Of a stretch of 64,000 nt of DNA, positions 31,742 to 41,319 are shown in pieces. The notes under the pieces are model-generated. The model saw nothing but the letters and a program-made list of their open reading frames with translations, had not been told where the DNA came from and searched no databases. Position numbers and translations under genes: made by a program. How positions within the stretch are numbered: position 1 is the stretch's first letter; each line of letters begins with the position of its first letter. Source of the DNA: an uncultured Chloroflexia bacterium (GTDB lineage: Bacteria > Chloroflexota > Chloroflexia > Thermomicrobiales > UBA6265); contig CAVRUC010000003.1 of the NCBI GenBank assembly GCA_963724295.1, forward strand, positions 64,001-128,000. The letters are read 5' to 3'.

Positions 31742-32091
31742 CGCCGTCCCTTCACCGCCCGCCGTCCCTTCACCGCCGTCAATGATCGGAGCCGTCCAGC
31801 GTGCGACTTTAGCAGGGAACGCGAGCGGGGTTTACCGTTGTATGCGAGGGCGTCTGGCAACGACCGCTTGAACCTTGCGCAGACTCGAATACCAGGTGCA
31901 GCTCTGGGTAAGGGACAACCTCTCCGCGCAGCACAATCCGTGCCTGAGCCGCATCTGGCTCTATCGTTCCCGAAACCTGGATGATAGACTGCGGGCACGT
32001 GGCAGTCGCCATGGGCGCCGCCGAGCGTGCGCCGGAGATTGCACGGACAGGCCTGCGAATTGGGGCGCGGGGCCGTGTAAGGGGGGTCGGA

Positions 32092-32703
32092 ATGAGTCAA
32101 CGAAGCGCGATGCAGCCCGACGAGGCTGCGCTCGGCGAACGGGCGCTCGCCGCAGGCGGGCTGGCTTTCGAACTTGCCAAGAAATGGTGGGTGCTCCTGC
32201 TGAGAGGCATCCTCCTCATCATCATTGGCTTGCTCGCGTTCGTCAGCCCTTTGACCTGGGTAATATTCGTCGGCATCTACATGCTCATCGACGGCGTCAC
32301 CATGCTCATCTCCGGACTCAGCGATCAGCCGGCGGGACAGAGTCGGTGGCCGTTGCTCATTGTCGGCATCCTCGGCCTTATCGCCGGTCTGATCATTCTT
32401 TGGGATCCGGAATTGGGCGGCGTCACTCTCACCTACGTCATCGCGGCCTGGGCAGTGGTCGGGGGCATTTTTACGATCATCTCGGCCATTCGGGTGCGTG
32501 AAGAGATCGACAACGAGTGGTGGCTGGTCCTCTCTGGCATTCTCGCGGTCATCTTCGGCATCCTGGTCTTCACCGACGTCCTGGCCGGAATCCTGACGAT
32601 CGCCTGGATCTTTGGCATCTTTGCAGTCGTGGTTGGGATCCTCTCGATCGTGCTGGCATTCCGGGTTCGCGACTTTGGTACACAGATCGGCGCCGTCACG
32701 TAG
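32092..32703 (+). CDS. HdeD/DUF308 family membrane protein
   Basis: WWVLLLRGI and EWWLVLSG; about six hydrophobic segments. Confidence 0.85.
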   Translation: MSQRSAMQPDEAALGERALAAGGLAFELAKKWWVLLLRGILLIIIGLLAFVSPLTWVIFVGIYMLIDGVTMLISGLSDQPAGQSRWPLLIVGILGLIAGLIILWDPELGGVTLTYVIAAWAVVGGIFTIISAIRVREEIDNEWWLVLSGILAVIFGILVFTDVLAGILTIAWIFGIFAVVVGILSIVLAFRVRDFGTQIGAVT

Positions 32704-32730
32704 GCGAAAACCAGCCACCCAAATTGACTC

Positions 32731-32770
32731 ACCAACCGGGGCACGGCGCCAGCGTCGTGCCCCGGTTGGT
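32731..32770. repeat. 19-bp inverted repeat hairpin flanked by CGAAAACCAGCCA direct repeats
   Basis: ACCAACCGGGGCACGGCGC-CA-GCGTCGTGCCCCGGTTGGT. Direct repeats at 32705 and 32798. Confidence 0.7.
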
Positions 32771-32841
32771 TTCGCAGCGAGGAGGACCACGCGTTCCCGA
32801 AAACCAGCCAACGCGATTGAACGACGAGGAGAGCCGGCGTC

Positions 32842-33408
32842 ATGTCTGAGAAGCCGTTGATTGCCTTCATCGCCACCTATGATGAGGTCGCGGACGCGCG
32901 GCAGGATTATCAGGAAGTCAAGCAGGCGCATAGTCAGGGCCTTATTGGCGACTACGACGCCGCGATTGTCTGGAAGAACGACAAGGGGAAGATCGAGATT
33001 GATTCTGTCGGTGAAGAGACCAGCCGCAAGTGGCTGTGGGCCGGCCTGGGTGTGGGTGCGCTGATCGGTCTGATCTTTCCGCCGTCGATTCTCGCTACCT
33101 CGGCCATCGGCGCGCTCACCGGTGCGGTCATCGGCAAATTCCGCGACGGTATCGCCCAGGATGATCTGGAACAGATCGGTGAAGCTCTCACTGGCGACAA
33201 CGCCGCCCTGGTCGTCGTCGCCCAGGATCGGGTCGCGGAGGCGCTGGACAGGATCGGCGCGAAGCTCGACGCATCCAACAAGCAGATCGAGGCCACCTTG
33301 AGCGCAGATATGGCAGTCGCTGCTCAGCAGCTCCAGGAAGCGATCGCCAAGGCGTCCGAGCAATTGCAGCAACTCACGAAACGTGACGCCGAGCGTGCCT
33401 CACAATGA
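32842..33408 (+). CDS. DUF1269-like membrane protein
   Basis: DAAIVWKNDKGKI followed by a glycine-zipper hairpin (GALIGLIF..GALTGAVIG). Confidence 0.75.
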   Translation: MSEKPLIAFIATYDEVADARQDYQEVKQAHSQGLIGDYDAAIVWKNDKGKIEIDSVGEETSRKWLWAGLGVGALIGLIFPPSILATSAIGALTGAVIGKFRDGIAQDDLEQIGEALTGDNAALVVVAQDRVAEALDRIGAKLDASNKQIEATLSADMAVAAQQLQEAIAKASEQLQQLTKRDAERASQ

Positions 33409-33528
33409 GACGGGATGCCGTCTAGAGCGATCCTCGATCGCGGCGGTTCCCGCCGCAGAAGACCGCGCCGCGATATTCGTCCTATGCTTACCGACGTACT
33501 CGTCTCGGACCCGATCCGGAGAAGCACG

Positions 33529-34476
33529 ATGGACGCCCCCAGCGACACGACGATGGGATCTCCCCTGCTTGTCCCATTCGATGGCTCCGCGCATGCCGAG
33601 AGCGTTCTCCCCTATCTGGCGCTCCTCGCCGACGGAGACCGAGAGGTCATTCTGCTCCAGGTCGTCCCCGAGGCGCATTCCGTGAGCAGCCCGCTGGGTG
33701 ACGTCATGCTCTCCGCGAACGAGCTGCGGCAGGCGACGGAAACGGCCGCGCATGCGGACCTCGCCCGCGCGACCGCGATGCTGACCTCGGTCGGGCCATC
33801 CTTGCGGATCGAGCAACTCGTGGAGACCGGCGATCCATCGCAGCGGATATCGGAGGTGGCGGTCCGGCGCAAAGCACGGGGGATCGTACTTTCGAGTCAG
33901 GGCACCAGCGCGACTGGACTTGGCGGATTCGGCACCGTGGTCGGTCGAGTCGTGTCCATGGCGCCCGTTCCCGTCATGGTCGTGCGGCCCGATGGCATCG
34001 CTCCCGACCCGAATCTCGTCGCCCGTTTCGTGATCGCGCACGACGGCTCGGAGCACGCCGCGCGAGCCTTGCCCCTCGCTCAGGATCTCGCTCGCCGCCT
34101 CTCGGCGCATATCCATCTCATCACCGTGGTCGAAGACGAGGAGAGCCCGATATCGCCAAGTGTGGCGTCCGCCATCGATCCGCACCTGCGCGACGAGGCA
34201 CAGGCAGATGCGCTCAACCTCGCCCGCGACCGCGTTGAGGGCACGGGCGCACAGCTCATGCGGCACGGGCTTCCCGCCTCGTGGCAGGTCCTGACGGGTC
34301 CCGCCGCCTCGGCCATCATCGCGGCCTGCGTCGACCGCGACGTGCTGGTGATCACGTCGCACGGCCAAAGCAACTCACCCTGGGTGCTCGGCAGCGTGGC
34401 CGAAAAGCTGCTGCGTGAGTCCCACGTGCCCGTCATCCTGCTGCGCACGTCTTCGCCAGCGAGTATGGCACCGTGA
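33529..34476 (+). CDS. Universal stress protein (two Usp domains)
   Basis: LVPFDGS, AHDGS and SHGQS..VLGSVAEKLL. Confidence 0.9.
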   Translation: MDAPSDTTMGSPLLVPFDGSAHAESVLPYLALLADGDREVILLQVVPEAHSVSSPLGDVMLSANELRQATETAAHADLARATAMLTSVGPSLRIEQLVETGDPSQRISEVAVRRKARGIVLSSQGTSATGLGGFGTVVGRVVSMAPVPVMVVRPDGIAPDPNLVARFVIAHDGSEHAARALPLAQDLARRLSAHIHLITVVEDEESPISPSVASAIDPHLRDEAQADALNLARDRVEGTGAQLMRHGLPASWQVLTGPAASAIIAACVDRDVLVITSHGQSNSPWVLGSVAEKLLRESHVPVILLRTSSPASMAP

Positions 34477-35288
34477 GCGGGCTCGATTGCATTCTGGTGC
34501 CGTTGGACGGTTCGGAACGCGCCGAAGTCGCGCTGAGTTGGGCGTCCGCTCTGCCCGCGCAGCGCGTGCGCCTGCTCCGCGTCTGTCCGGAGCAGCATCC
34601 AGACAGCCAGGCCGCGGCGCGGTATCTCGAGCAGGTCGCGACACGGTTCCAACCGCCGGGTCGCACCATCGAAACTCGCATCGCTCACGGGGGGCCCGCG
34701 GACGCTATTGTCGACGACGCGGCCGACGCCGATCTGATCGTCATGACTACCCAGGGCGCCGGCGGTGGCGGCCGGCTGCTTTTTGGCAGCGTCGCCGACC
34801 GGGTCGCGCGGCACGCTCCGGCGCCCACGTTACTGCTGCGCGGCGGCCACCATCCCGTGCCCACTCAGCCTGTTCAGCGAATCGTGGTTGCGCTCGACGG
34901 TTCGGCGGCGGCCGAGCGCGCGCTGCCGCTGGCGACGATGCTCGCCACCCGACTGCGCGTGCCCGTCCACTTCGTGACCGTTGATGACGCAGGGCAGGAC
35001 CGCGAACATCACTCCGGGCATCAGTCCGCACCTCATGACGAGAAACCCGACGCGTATCTCGAAGCGAAGGCAGCATCGCTTCAGGCCGTCGACATTGCGA
35101 TCTCGACCGAGGTCCGCACGGGACCGGCCGCGACCGAAGTCATGGCTACCCTCGGGTCCGGCGACCTGTTGGTCATCACCACGCACGGCCAGGGCGCGGT
35201 GCGCCGATGGCAGATCGGAAACGTCGCCGAGAAGCTCTTGCGCCAGGCAGCGGCACCGGTGGCCCTGGTCCGGGCGGATACATCCTGA
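34473..35288 (+). CDS. Universal stress protein (two Usp domains)
   Basis: ILVPLDGS, FGSVADRV, VALDGS and THG..IGNVAEKLL. Confidence 0.9.
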   Translation: MSGLDCILVPLDGSERAEVALSWASALPAQRVRLLRVCPEQHPDSQAAARYLEQVATRFQPPGRTIETRIAHGGPADAIVDDAADADLIVMTTQGAGGGGRLLFGSVADRVARHAPAPTLLLRGGHHPVPTQPVQRIVVALDGSAAAERALPLATMLATRLRVPVHFVTVDDAGQDREHHSGHQSAPHDEKPDAYLEAKAASLQAVDIAISTEVRTGPAATEVMATLGSGDLLVITTHGQGAVRRWQIGNVAEKLLRQAAAPVALVRADTS

Positions 35289-35335
35289 CCGAGGCCCGGC
35301 TGTCTTCGACCAGCGAACGAGGACGAGTAGCGTCG

Positions 35336-37243
35336 ATGCGAACGTGGCTCCTTGTCGCCCTCGCCGCACTCCTGGCCACTTCGAGTCCCGCGATCGAGGT
35401 GGCCGCGCGGCAGGCAACGCCTACAAGCGTGGCGGGCGTTCCGAACTCCTCGCAGAGCCGTCCAGACTGTCCGGTGCGGCAAGTCAGCCCGGCGGATATG
35501 GTCGCGATCCTGGGCGAGCCGGCTCCGGAAGACCCGGACGCGCTCGACCCGCGAGGCGACGCGGTACCTCCCGCTGAACGGTCGACGGTGGGCGATCTCG
35601 TCGCGAGGTGGCAATTGTGCCTGGCTTCCGGCGACATACCGGGCGTGCTCGGGCTCTTCACGGCGGACGGGATCCGTCGCCTCCTCGGGGAGCGCTCACC
35701 CGTCCTTGGCGGTCCGGCGGGACTGCACGTCACCATCCTGGGGGTATCCCAGGTCGAACGCCTACCCGACGGGCGCATCGCCGCCCGCGTCACGGTCGAT
35801 CCTTCGGGCACCGGTACAGCGCCGCCGGAATCTCTGATTGCCATCGTCGAGCAGAGTGGAGATGGCGTTTGGCGCATCGACCACCTTCGCGTACCAGAGG
35901 AAGCGGTTGGCGCCGCCGGCATGGCCGAGCGAGACCCGGATGCCCCACCGCGCGCGCTGCTGCGCCACCCGATTGCGCCCGGTCCGGGAGTGCCGGTGCC
36001 CGCTCCTGGGCTGACGGTGCCGATGCGCGGGGCCGACGTGGCCCGCACCGGTATCCAGTTCGGTCCCGCGCCTGCTCGAGAGCCGGTCGAGCGGTGGCGG
36101 GCGCCCACCGGCTGGCACTCCGACGCGCAACCCGTGGTGGCTCGCGGACTGGTCTTCTTCGGCGGGTTCTCGCTCGGAGAGAGGACTCCGCTGCTGGAAG
36201 CGGTCGACGCCGGCACCGGCGCGGTCCGCTGGCAGACCACCGCACCCGTCGCCTGGGGAGAAATCCCCGATTCGCCAGCGTTGGGCGGCGAAATCGTCTT
36301 TGCTCCCGTGCAGGCGCCCGTCGCCGGGGTGATGGCGGTCGCTGCCGCGACCGGAGAGCCGCTCTGGTTCGCTCCGTTCGGATTCACCTCGGTCACGGCG
36401 CCAGCGGTTGACGCCGACGCGGTCTATCTCGCCGGCTGGGCGATCCGTAACTCGCGGGATCGGACCGAGAACGACGCGTCTGGCGCCCTCTTCGCCCTCG
36501 ATCAGCGCACCGGCCGCGAGCGCTGGCGATACCTGTCCCCCGCTCGATTCGGCCCGGTGTCGGTTGGCAGGAACGCCGTCTACGTTCCCAGTGACCGCGG
36601 GCTCTTTGCTATCGACCGAGCGACCGGCAGCAAGCGCTGGCAGGCGCGGTTCTCCCCGATCGCCGGAGATACGGCGACCGTCGCCGGCGAGTTTGTCGTC
36701 TTTGCCGGGACCGAGATTACCTCCGGCCGATCCGGCGTATTCGCGCTTGACGCCGCCAGCGGCGCCTTGCGTTGGCGTGTCGATGTGCCGCACGCTCCGG
36801 GAGCCCGCACCGGCAGCGCGGCCGCGAACGGCCTCGTCTTCGTTTCATCATGGGAGACCCCACAAGACGACTCCGCATTCGGTACGCCCACATTGCGCGC
36901 CTACGACCTGGCCAATGGGCAGGAGCGCTGGGTGTTCCATGCGAATGGCGCCACGGGTGCAGGGCAGGGTGTCGGGGCCGGATCGATCACCTCGCCGGTG
37001 GTCGCTGGGGATACCGTGCTTTTCGGGGTCGCGGTTCGCGCTCCCGCACCCGGCTTTGCCGGGAACGCGGACGGGTTGTACGCCGTTGATACGGCAACGG
37101 GCCAGGGGCGCTGGCACGCCTCTGCCACCACGCCGATCCGTTCCGCACCGGCGGTCCTCGATGGGACTGTCTACGCCATGGGCGGGCTGCGCGCGCGTGG
37201 AGGCGCGACAGGAGGTAATCTCCTCGCATTCGGCGTCGAGTAG
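35336..37243 (+). CDS. Secreted protein with an N-terminal two-Cys domain and a PQQ-like (BamB-type) beta-propeller
   Basis: Signal peptide and repeated A(V/L/I)DxxTGxxRW blades. Confidence 0.8.
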   Translation: MRTWLLVALAALLATSSPAIEVAARQATPTSVAGVPNSSQSRPDCPVRQVSPADMVAILGEPAPEDPDALDPRGDAVPPAERSTVGDLVARWQLCLASGDIPGVLGLFTADGIRRLLGERSPVLGGPAGLHVTILGVSQVERLPDGRIAARVTVDPSGTGTAPPESLIAIVEQSGDGVWRIDHLRVPEEAVGAAGMAERDPDAPPRALLRHPIAPGPGVPVPAPGLTVPMRGADVARTGIQFGPAPAREPVERWRAPTGWHSDAQPVVARGLVFFGGFSLGERTPLLEAVDAGTGAVRWQTTAPVAWGEIPDSPALGGEIVFAPVQAPVAGVMAVAAATGEPLWFAPFGFTSVTAPAVDADAVYLAGWAIRNSRDRTENDASGALFALDQRTGRERWRYLSPARFGPVSVGRNAVYVPSDRGLFAIDRATGSKRWQARFSPIAGDTATVAGEFVVFAGTEITSGRSGVFALDAASGALRWRVDVPHAPGARTGSAAANGLVFVSSWETPQDDSAFGTPTLRAYDLANGQERWVFHANGATGAGQGVGAGSITSPVVAGDTVLFGVAVRAPAPGFAGNADGLYAVDTATGQGRWHASATTPIRSAPAVLDGTVYAMGGLRARGGATGGNLLAFGVE

Positions 37244-37292
37244 GCAACGATGCCACTCGACCTCGAGCGCGGCGCGAGAAGGGTGTGGACCC

Positions 37293-38918
37293 ATGCCGGC
37301 TCAGAAATCGACCTCCCTGTTGAGGAACGTCATCTCCCAGCTCCGCAAGCGAGCAGCCACGACGACGCTCTCGGATTCCACCGGCGCGTCTCTGACCGGA
37401 CGACAGACGCTGCTGCGCGCGCTGGTCCTGCGGCGGCTGCTCCGGCGTGAGCTGGCGGCCGACGAGCGCAACGTTGGAGTCCTCCTTCCTCCGACCGTCG
37501 CCGCGGCGGTCACGAATTTGGCGCTGGCGCTCGATCGGCGCGTGGCCGTCAACCTGAACTACAGCTTATCCGCGGAGCTCGTCCGTTTTTCTCTTAATGA
37601 GGCCGGCCTGCGGCATGTGATCACCTCCCGCGCGTTCCTGGACCGGATGCCGATTGATCTCGGCGAGGCCGAAGTCATCCTCATCGAGGACCTGGCAAAG
37701 GAAGCGTCGGCGATCGACAAGGGCGTGGCAGTGGTGCTTGCCTTCCTGCCGTTGCCCTTGCTGGAGCGCGTCCTCGGTATCTACGCCATCCCTGAAGACG
37801 AGCTGATGACGATCATCTTCACGTCCGGCTCCACCGGGCGGCCAAAAGGGGTCATGCTCCCCTGGAGGAGTATCGAAGCCAACACCGGCATGGTCGACGC
37901 GCTGCTTCAGCTGCGCCGCGACGACGTCATGCTCGGCGTCTTGCCCTTCTTCCACACTTTCGGGTACACGATCACCCTCTGGACCATGCTGGCCATGGGC
38001 GTCGGCGCCGTCTATCACACCAACCCGCTGGAAGCCCGCGTCATCAGCCGCTTGATTCGCGAGCGCGGCGTCACCATCCTCCTCGGTACCCCCACGCTCC
38101 TGCGAGCCTACATGCGCCGGCTGTCGCCTGAGGATTTCTCGTCGGTCGAGATCGTCGCGACCGGGTCAGAGCGGCTGCCACTAGCGGTCGCCGATGAATT
38201 CGAGAGCAAGTTCGGGATCCGTCCCTTCCAGGGCTATGGCGCGACAGAGCTGGGTCCGATCGTCTCCGCCAACGTTCCCGCCGCTCGCGCCCTGGGTGAC
38301 CCCAGCACGGTCTTGCGCGAAGGGACCGTGGGACGCCCCGCGCGGGGCGTCCGGGTCGAAGTCCGTGACCCCGAGACCGGCGCCGTCCTGGGAATCGGGG
38401 AACCGGGTTTGCTGTGGGTGACCGGACCGCACGTCATGTTGGGCTATTTGAACCAGCCCGATCTGAGCGAGGCCGTCCTCGAGGATGGCTGGTACAACAC
38501 GGGCGATGTGGTGACCATCGATGGCGATGGGTTCATCACGATCGTCGGTCGCCAGAGCCGATTTGCCAAAGTGGGCGGCGAGCAGGTGCCGTTCGCCGCT
38601 ATCGAAGAAGCGCTGGCGGCACTTACCGGCGGCAGTGAGGACGGTGCCCCGCGGGCCGTGGTCACTGCCGTGCCGGATGAAGCGACAGGCGAGCGTCTGG
38701 TGGTCATCCACACCGCGCTCGAACAATCGCCTGACGAGCTAGTCAAGGGACTGGCCAATGCGGGGCTGCCGCGCCTGTTCATTCCAGCGCCAGTCGATTT
38801 CCACGAAATCGACACCATGCCGCTGATCGGCATTGGCAAAGTCGACCTCGAAGCGATCAACCGCTTCGCCCGGCAGTTCGCCACGACACGCCAGGCCAAA
38901 CGCGGGGCCACCCGGTAG
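37293..38918 (+). CDS. AMP-binding acyl-ACP synthetase-like protein (Aas C-terminal module only)
   Basis: FTSGSTGRPKGV, LPFFHTFG, GYGATE, WYNTGD, GRQSRFAKVGGE and GKVD. Confidence 0.85.
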   Translation: MPAQKSTSLLRNVISQLRKRAATTTLSDSTGASLTGRQTLLRALVLRRLLRRELAADERNVGVLLPPTVAAAVTNLALALDRRVAVNLNYSLSAELVRFSLNEAGLRHVITSRAFLDRMPIDLGEAEVILIEDLAKEASAIDKGVAVVLAFLPLPLLERVLGIYAIPEDELMTIIFTSGSTGRPKGVMLPWRSIEANTGMVDALLQLRRDDVMLGVLPFFHTFGYTITLWTMLAMGVGAVYHTNPLEARVISRLIRERGVTILLGTPTLLRAYMRRLSPEDFSSVEIVATGSERLPLAVADEFESKFGIRPFQGYGATELGPIVSANVPAARALGDPSTVLREGTVGRPARGVRVEVRDPETGAVLGIGEPGLLWVTGPHVMLGYLNQPDLSEAVLEDGWYNTGDVVTIDGDGFITIVGRQSRFAKVGGEQVPFAAIEEALAALTGGSEDGAPRAVVTAVPDEATGERLVVIHTALEQSPDELVKGLANAGLPRLFIPAPVDFHEIDTMPLIGIGKVDLEAINRFARQFATTRQAKRGATR

Positions 38919-39087
38919 AGCGCCATAGAGCGTCGTGCATTCCATCATCGAGGAAGCGGCAGATGCCCGAAAGTCGGCTGCCGTGTAGGATGCAGGGTCG
39001 GTGGCCGTCACTGTCAGTCCCCGACTGGGGCTGGTTGGGCGGCATCTTGCCGGCATCCACAGCCGGGGTAGCGAAAGTGAGGGAGAC

Positions 39088-39381
39088 ATGCTCTTCTATT
39101 GCCGGTTCACGTGGTATCCCGGAGTCAGCCGGGCAATGGTGGCGCGGCGGCTGATTCAGCAGCACGAGCTGGGCACGAACCATCCCGAGCGGATCAAAGC
39201 GTGGTACACCCTCGCCGGCGGCGGCGCGGGGTTCATGATTGTCGAGGCCGATCAACCGCACGAGGTCTCGGCGATTCTCGAGCCCTACATGGATCTCATG
39301 TCCTGGGATGTCCACGCCATCGCCGAGACGCCCTACGCGGAAACGATCGAGCAGATGAGGAAAGAGCTCGCGGGCGGCTGA
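39088..39381 (+). CDS. DUF3303-like small protein
   Basis: GGGAG RBS; WYTLAGGAGFMIVEAD...PYMDL pattern. Confidence 0.65.
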   Translation: MLFYCRFTWYPGVSRAMVARRLIQQHELGTNHPERIKAWYTLAGGGAGFMIVEADQPHEVSAILEPYMDLMSWDVHAIAETPYAETIEQMRKELAGG

Positions 39382-39498
39382 CAGCACTCGCGACGATGAG
39401 GCAGCGCCTGGCGGTGCAGTCGAACTGCCGGGCGCTGCTCTCGGGCAACTGCTGACTGGTCCGCTTCGTCCGGCATGTCGCTCTGCGATACTCTCGCA

Positions 39499-40848
39499 AT
39501 GTCATCGACACCAGTTGTCTTTCCCGAAAACTGGGTGTGGGGCGCCGCCACCGCGGCGTATCAGATCGAGGGCGCCGTCCGCGAAGGCGGCCGCGGGGAG
39601 TCGATCTGGGACGTCTTCAGTCATACCGCCGGCACCGTCGCCAATGGCGACACGGGCGATGTAGCCTGCGATCACTTCAATCGGTACCCTGACGACGTCG
39701 CGCTCATGCGCGAGCTTGGCCTCGGCGGCTACCGATTCTCGATCTCCTGGCCGCGCATCTTTCCCAACGGGAGCGGCCGTCCCAACGCCGAGGGTCTCGA
39801 TTTTTACCGCCGCCTCGTCGATGAGCTGCACGCGGCCGGGATCACCCCCTACGCCACCCTCTACCACTGGGACCTGCCGCAGGCACTGCAGGACGGCGGC
39901 GGCTGGGCCAATCGCGACACGGCGCGCCGGTTCGGCGACTACACGCAGACGGTCGCGGCCGCGCTTGGCTCCGGTGTGCAGCACTGGTTCACGATCAACG
40001 AGCCGTGGGTGGCCGCATTCCTCGGCCACTGGATGGGACAGCACGCTCCCGGCACTCGCGATTTTCGCCTGGCGCTGCAGGCCGCCCACACCTTGTTGCT
40101 CGCCCACGGCGAAGCGATGACCGCACTGCGCTCCGAGATGAGCTCGGCCGGCCAGGCGGGCATTGTGCTCAACCTGGCGCCGTGCCAGCCCGCGGGAGAC
40201 ACGAATGCCGATCTGGAAGCCGCCGAGCGGATGGATGGGTTTGCAAACCGGTGGTTCCTGGACCCGCTCTACCGTGGCCAGTACCCCGAGGACATGGTCC
40301 GGCTCTACGGCGATGCCATGCCAGAGATCGCCGCGGGCGACATGGAGCTGATCTCTCAGCCGACTGACGTCCTCGGTGTGAACTACTACATGCGTTCTGT
40401 CGTGGCCTACGACCCGACCGCGACACCGCTCCAGGCTCGCCGCGTCGTTCCGGCCGGCACCGAGGTCACCGCGACGGGTTGGGAGGTCTACCCCCCAGGA
40501 CTGTACGACATCCTGAAGCGAGTCCATGACGACTACGGTCCAGGCCAACTGCTGGTGACCGAGAACGGCGCTGCCTACGACGATGTCGTCGAGGATGGAC
40601 AGGTCAACGACCCGGAGCGCGAGTCATATCTGCACGAACATCTGCTGGAGGCGTACCGCGCGGTCGAGGCCGGAGTTCCGCTGAGCGGGTATTTCGTGTG
40701 GTCCCTGCTGGATAACTTCGAGTGGGCCGCGGGTTACGGCAAACGCTTTGGCGTGATTTACGTCGACTATGCGACCCAAGAGCGGATCGTCAAACGAAGT
40801 GGCCGCTGGTACGCCGGGGTCACGCGGGAGAACGCTATACAAGGGTGA
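39499..40848 (+). CDS. GH1 beta-glucosidase
   Basis: ATAAYQIEG, YRFSISWPRI, TINEP, VTENG, and DNFEW..GY.KRFG. Confidence 0.95.
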   Translation: MSSTPVVFPENWVWGAATAAYQIEGAVREGGRGESIWDVFSHTAGTVANGDTGDVACDHFNRYPDDVALMRELGLGGYRFSISWPRIFPNGSGRPNAEGLDFYRRLVDELHAAGITPYATLYHWDLPQALQDGGGWANRDTARRFGDYTQTVAAALGSGVQHWFTINEPWVAAFLGHWMGQHAPGTRDFRLALQAAHTLLLAHGEAMTALRSEMSSAGQAGIVLNLAPCQPAGDTNADLEAAERMDGFANRWFLDPLYRGQYPEDMVRLYGDAMPEIAAGDMELISQPTDVLGVNYYMRSVVAYDPTATPLQARRVVPAGTEVTATGWEVYPPGLYDILKRVHDDYGPGQLLVTENGAAYDDVVEDGQVNDPERESYLHEHLLEAYRAVEAGVPLSGYFVWSLLDNFEWAAGYGKRFGVIYVDYATQERIVKRSGRWYAGVTRENAIQG

Positions 40849-40995
40849 TGGGGTCGCAGGGTGGCGGGGTGACAGGGTGGCCGGGAGAACGACGAATCAC
40901 CCCAGCCACCCGCCACCCTGCCACCACGAGCGCAGCGAGTCATCACCTTATCACCGTGAGCGCAGCGAACACCCACCGTGAGCGTAGCGAACACC
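40843..40995. repeat. Inverted GGGTGxCx 8-mer arrays plus a 22-bp direct repeat between convergent genes
   Basis: GGGTGGCGGGGTGACAGGGTGG ... CCACCCGCCACCCTGCCACC. CACCGTGAGCG(C/T)AGCGAACACC occurs twice, at 40952 and 40974. Confidence 0.7.
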
Positions 40996-41247
40996 TCACC
41001 CCTCGTCTATCTCGACGCCGTGCTTCTTCGCCGCTTGCTTGATGCGATTCTTGATCGTCTTCACTTCGTCGGCGTCGTACTTGGCCGCGTTGTCCTTGTG
41101 GTTGATATAGCTCCACGCGGCGCGGATATGCTCGGGCGTATCGATCGGGTATTTCTTGTTCGTCGAGTCGGCGAACTCGACGTCGCCATACTCGCGCAGC
41201 CCTTCTTTGGGGCTCACGTCGTCGCGCCGCTCGATCTTCGGTGACAT
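40996..41247 (-). CDS. Small conserved protein (DUF6582-like)
   Basis: YGDVEFAD..KKYPIDT.EHIRAAWSYIN. RBS AAGGAG. Confidence 0.75.
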   Translation of the reverse strand: MSPKIERRDDVSPKEGLREYGDVEFADSTNKKYPIDTPEHIRAAWSYINHKDNAAKYDADEVKTIKNRIKQAAKKHGVEIDEG

Positions 41248-41319
41248 CGTCGTCTCCTTTGGCTGCATCTCAGGCTACTGGCGACATCGCATAGGCGGCG
41301 TGCCGGTTGCATCCGGCAA

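Noticed and set aside
36408..37292. N-terminal 295 aa of the 836-aa ORF
   Set aside because: It overlaps the PQQ-propeller gene in another frame. The adenylation enzyme starts at 37293.
40925..40995. Direct repeats as a possible mini-CRISPR
   Set aside because: Only two adjacent 22-bp copies, with no spacers and no cas genes.
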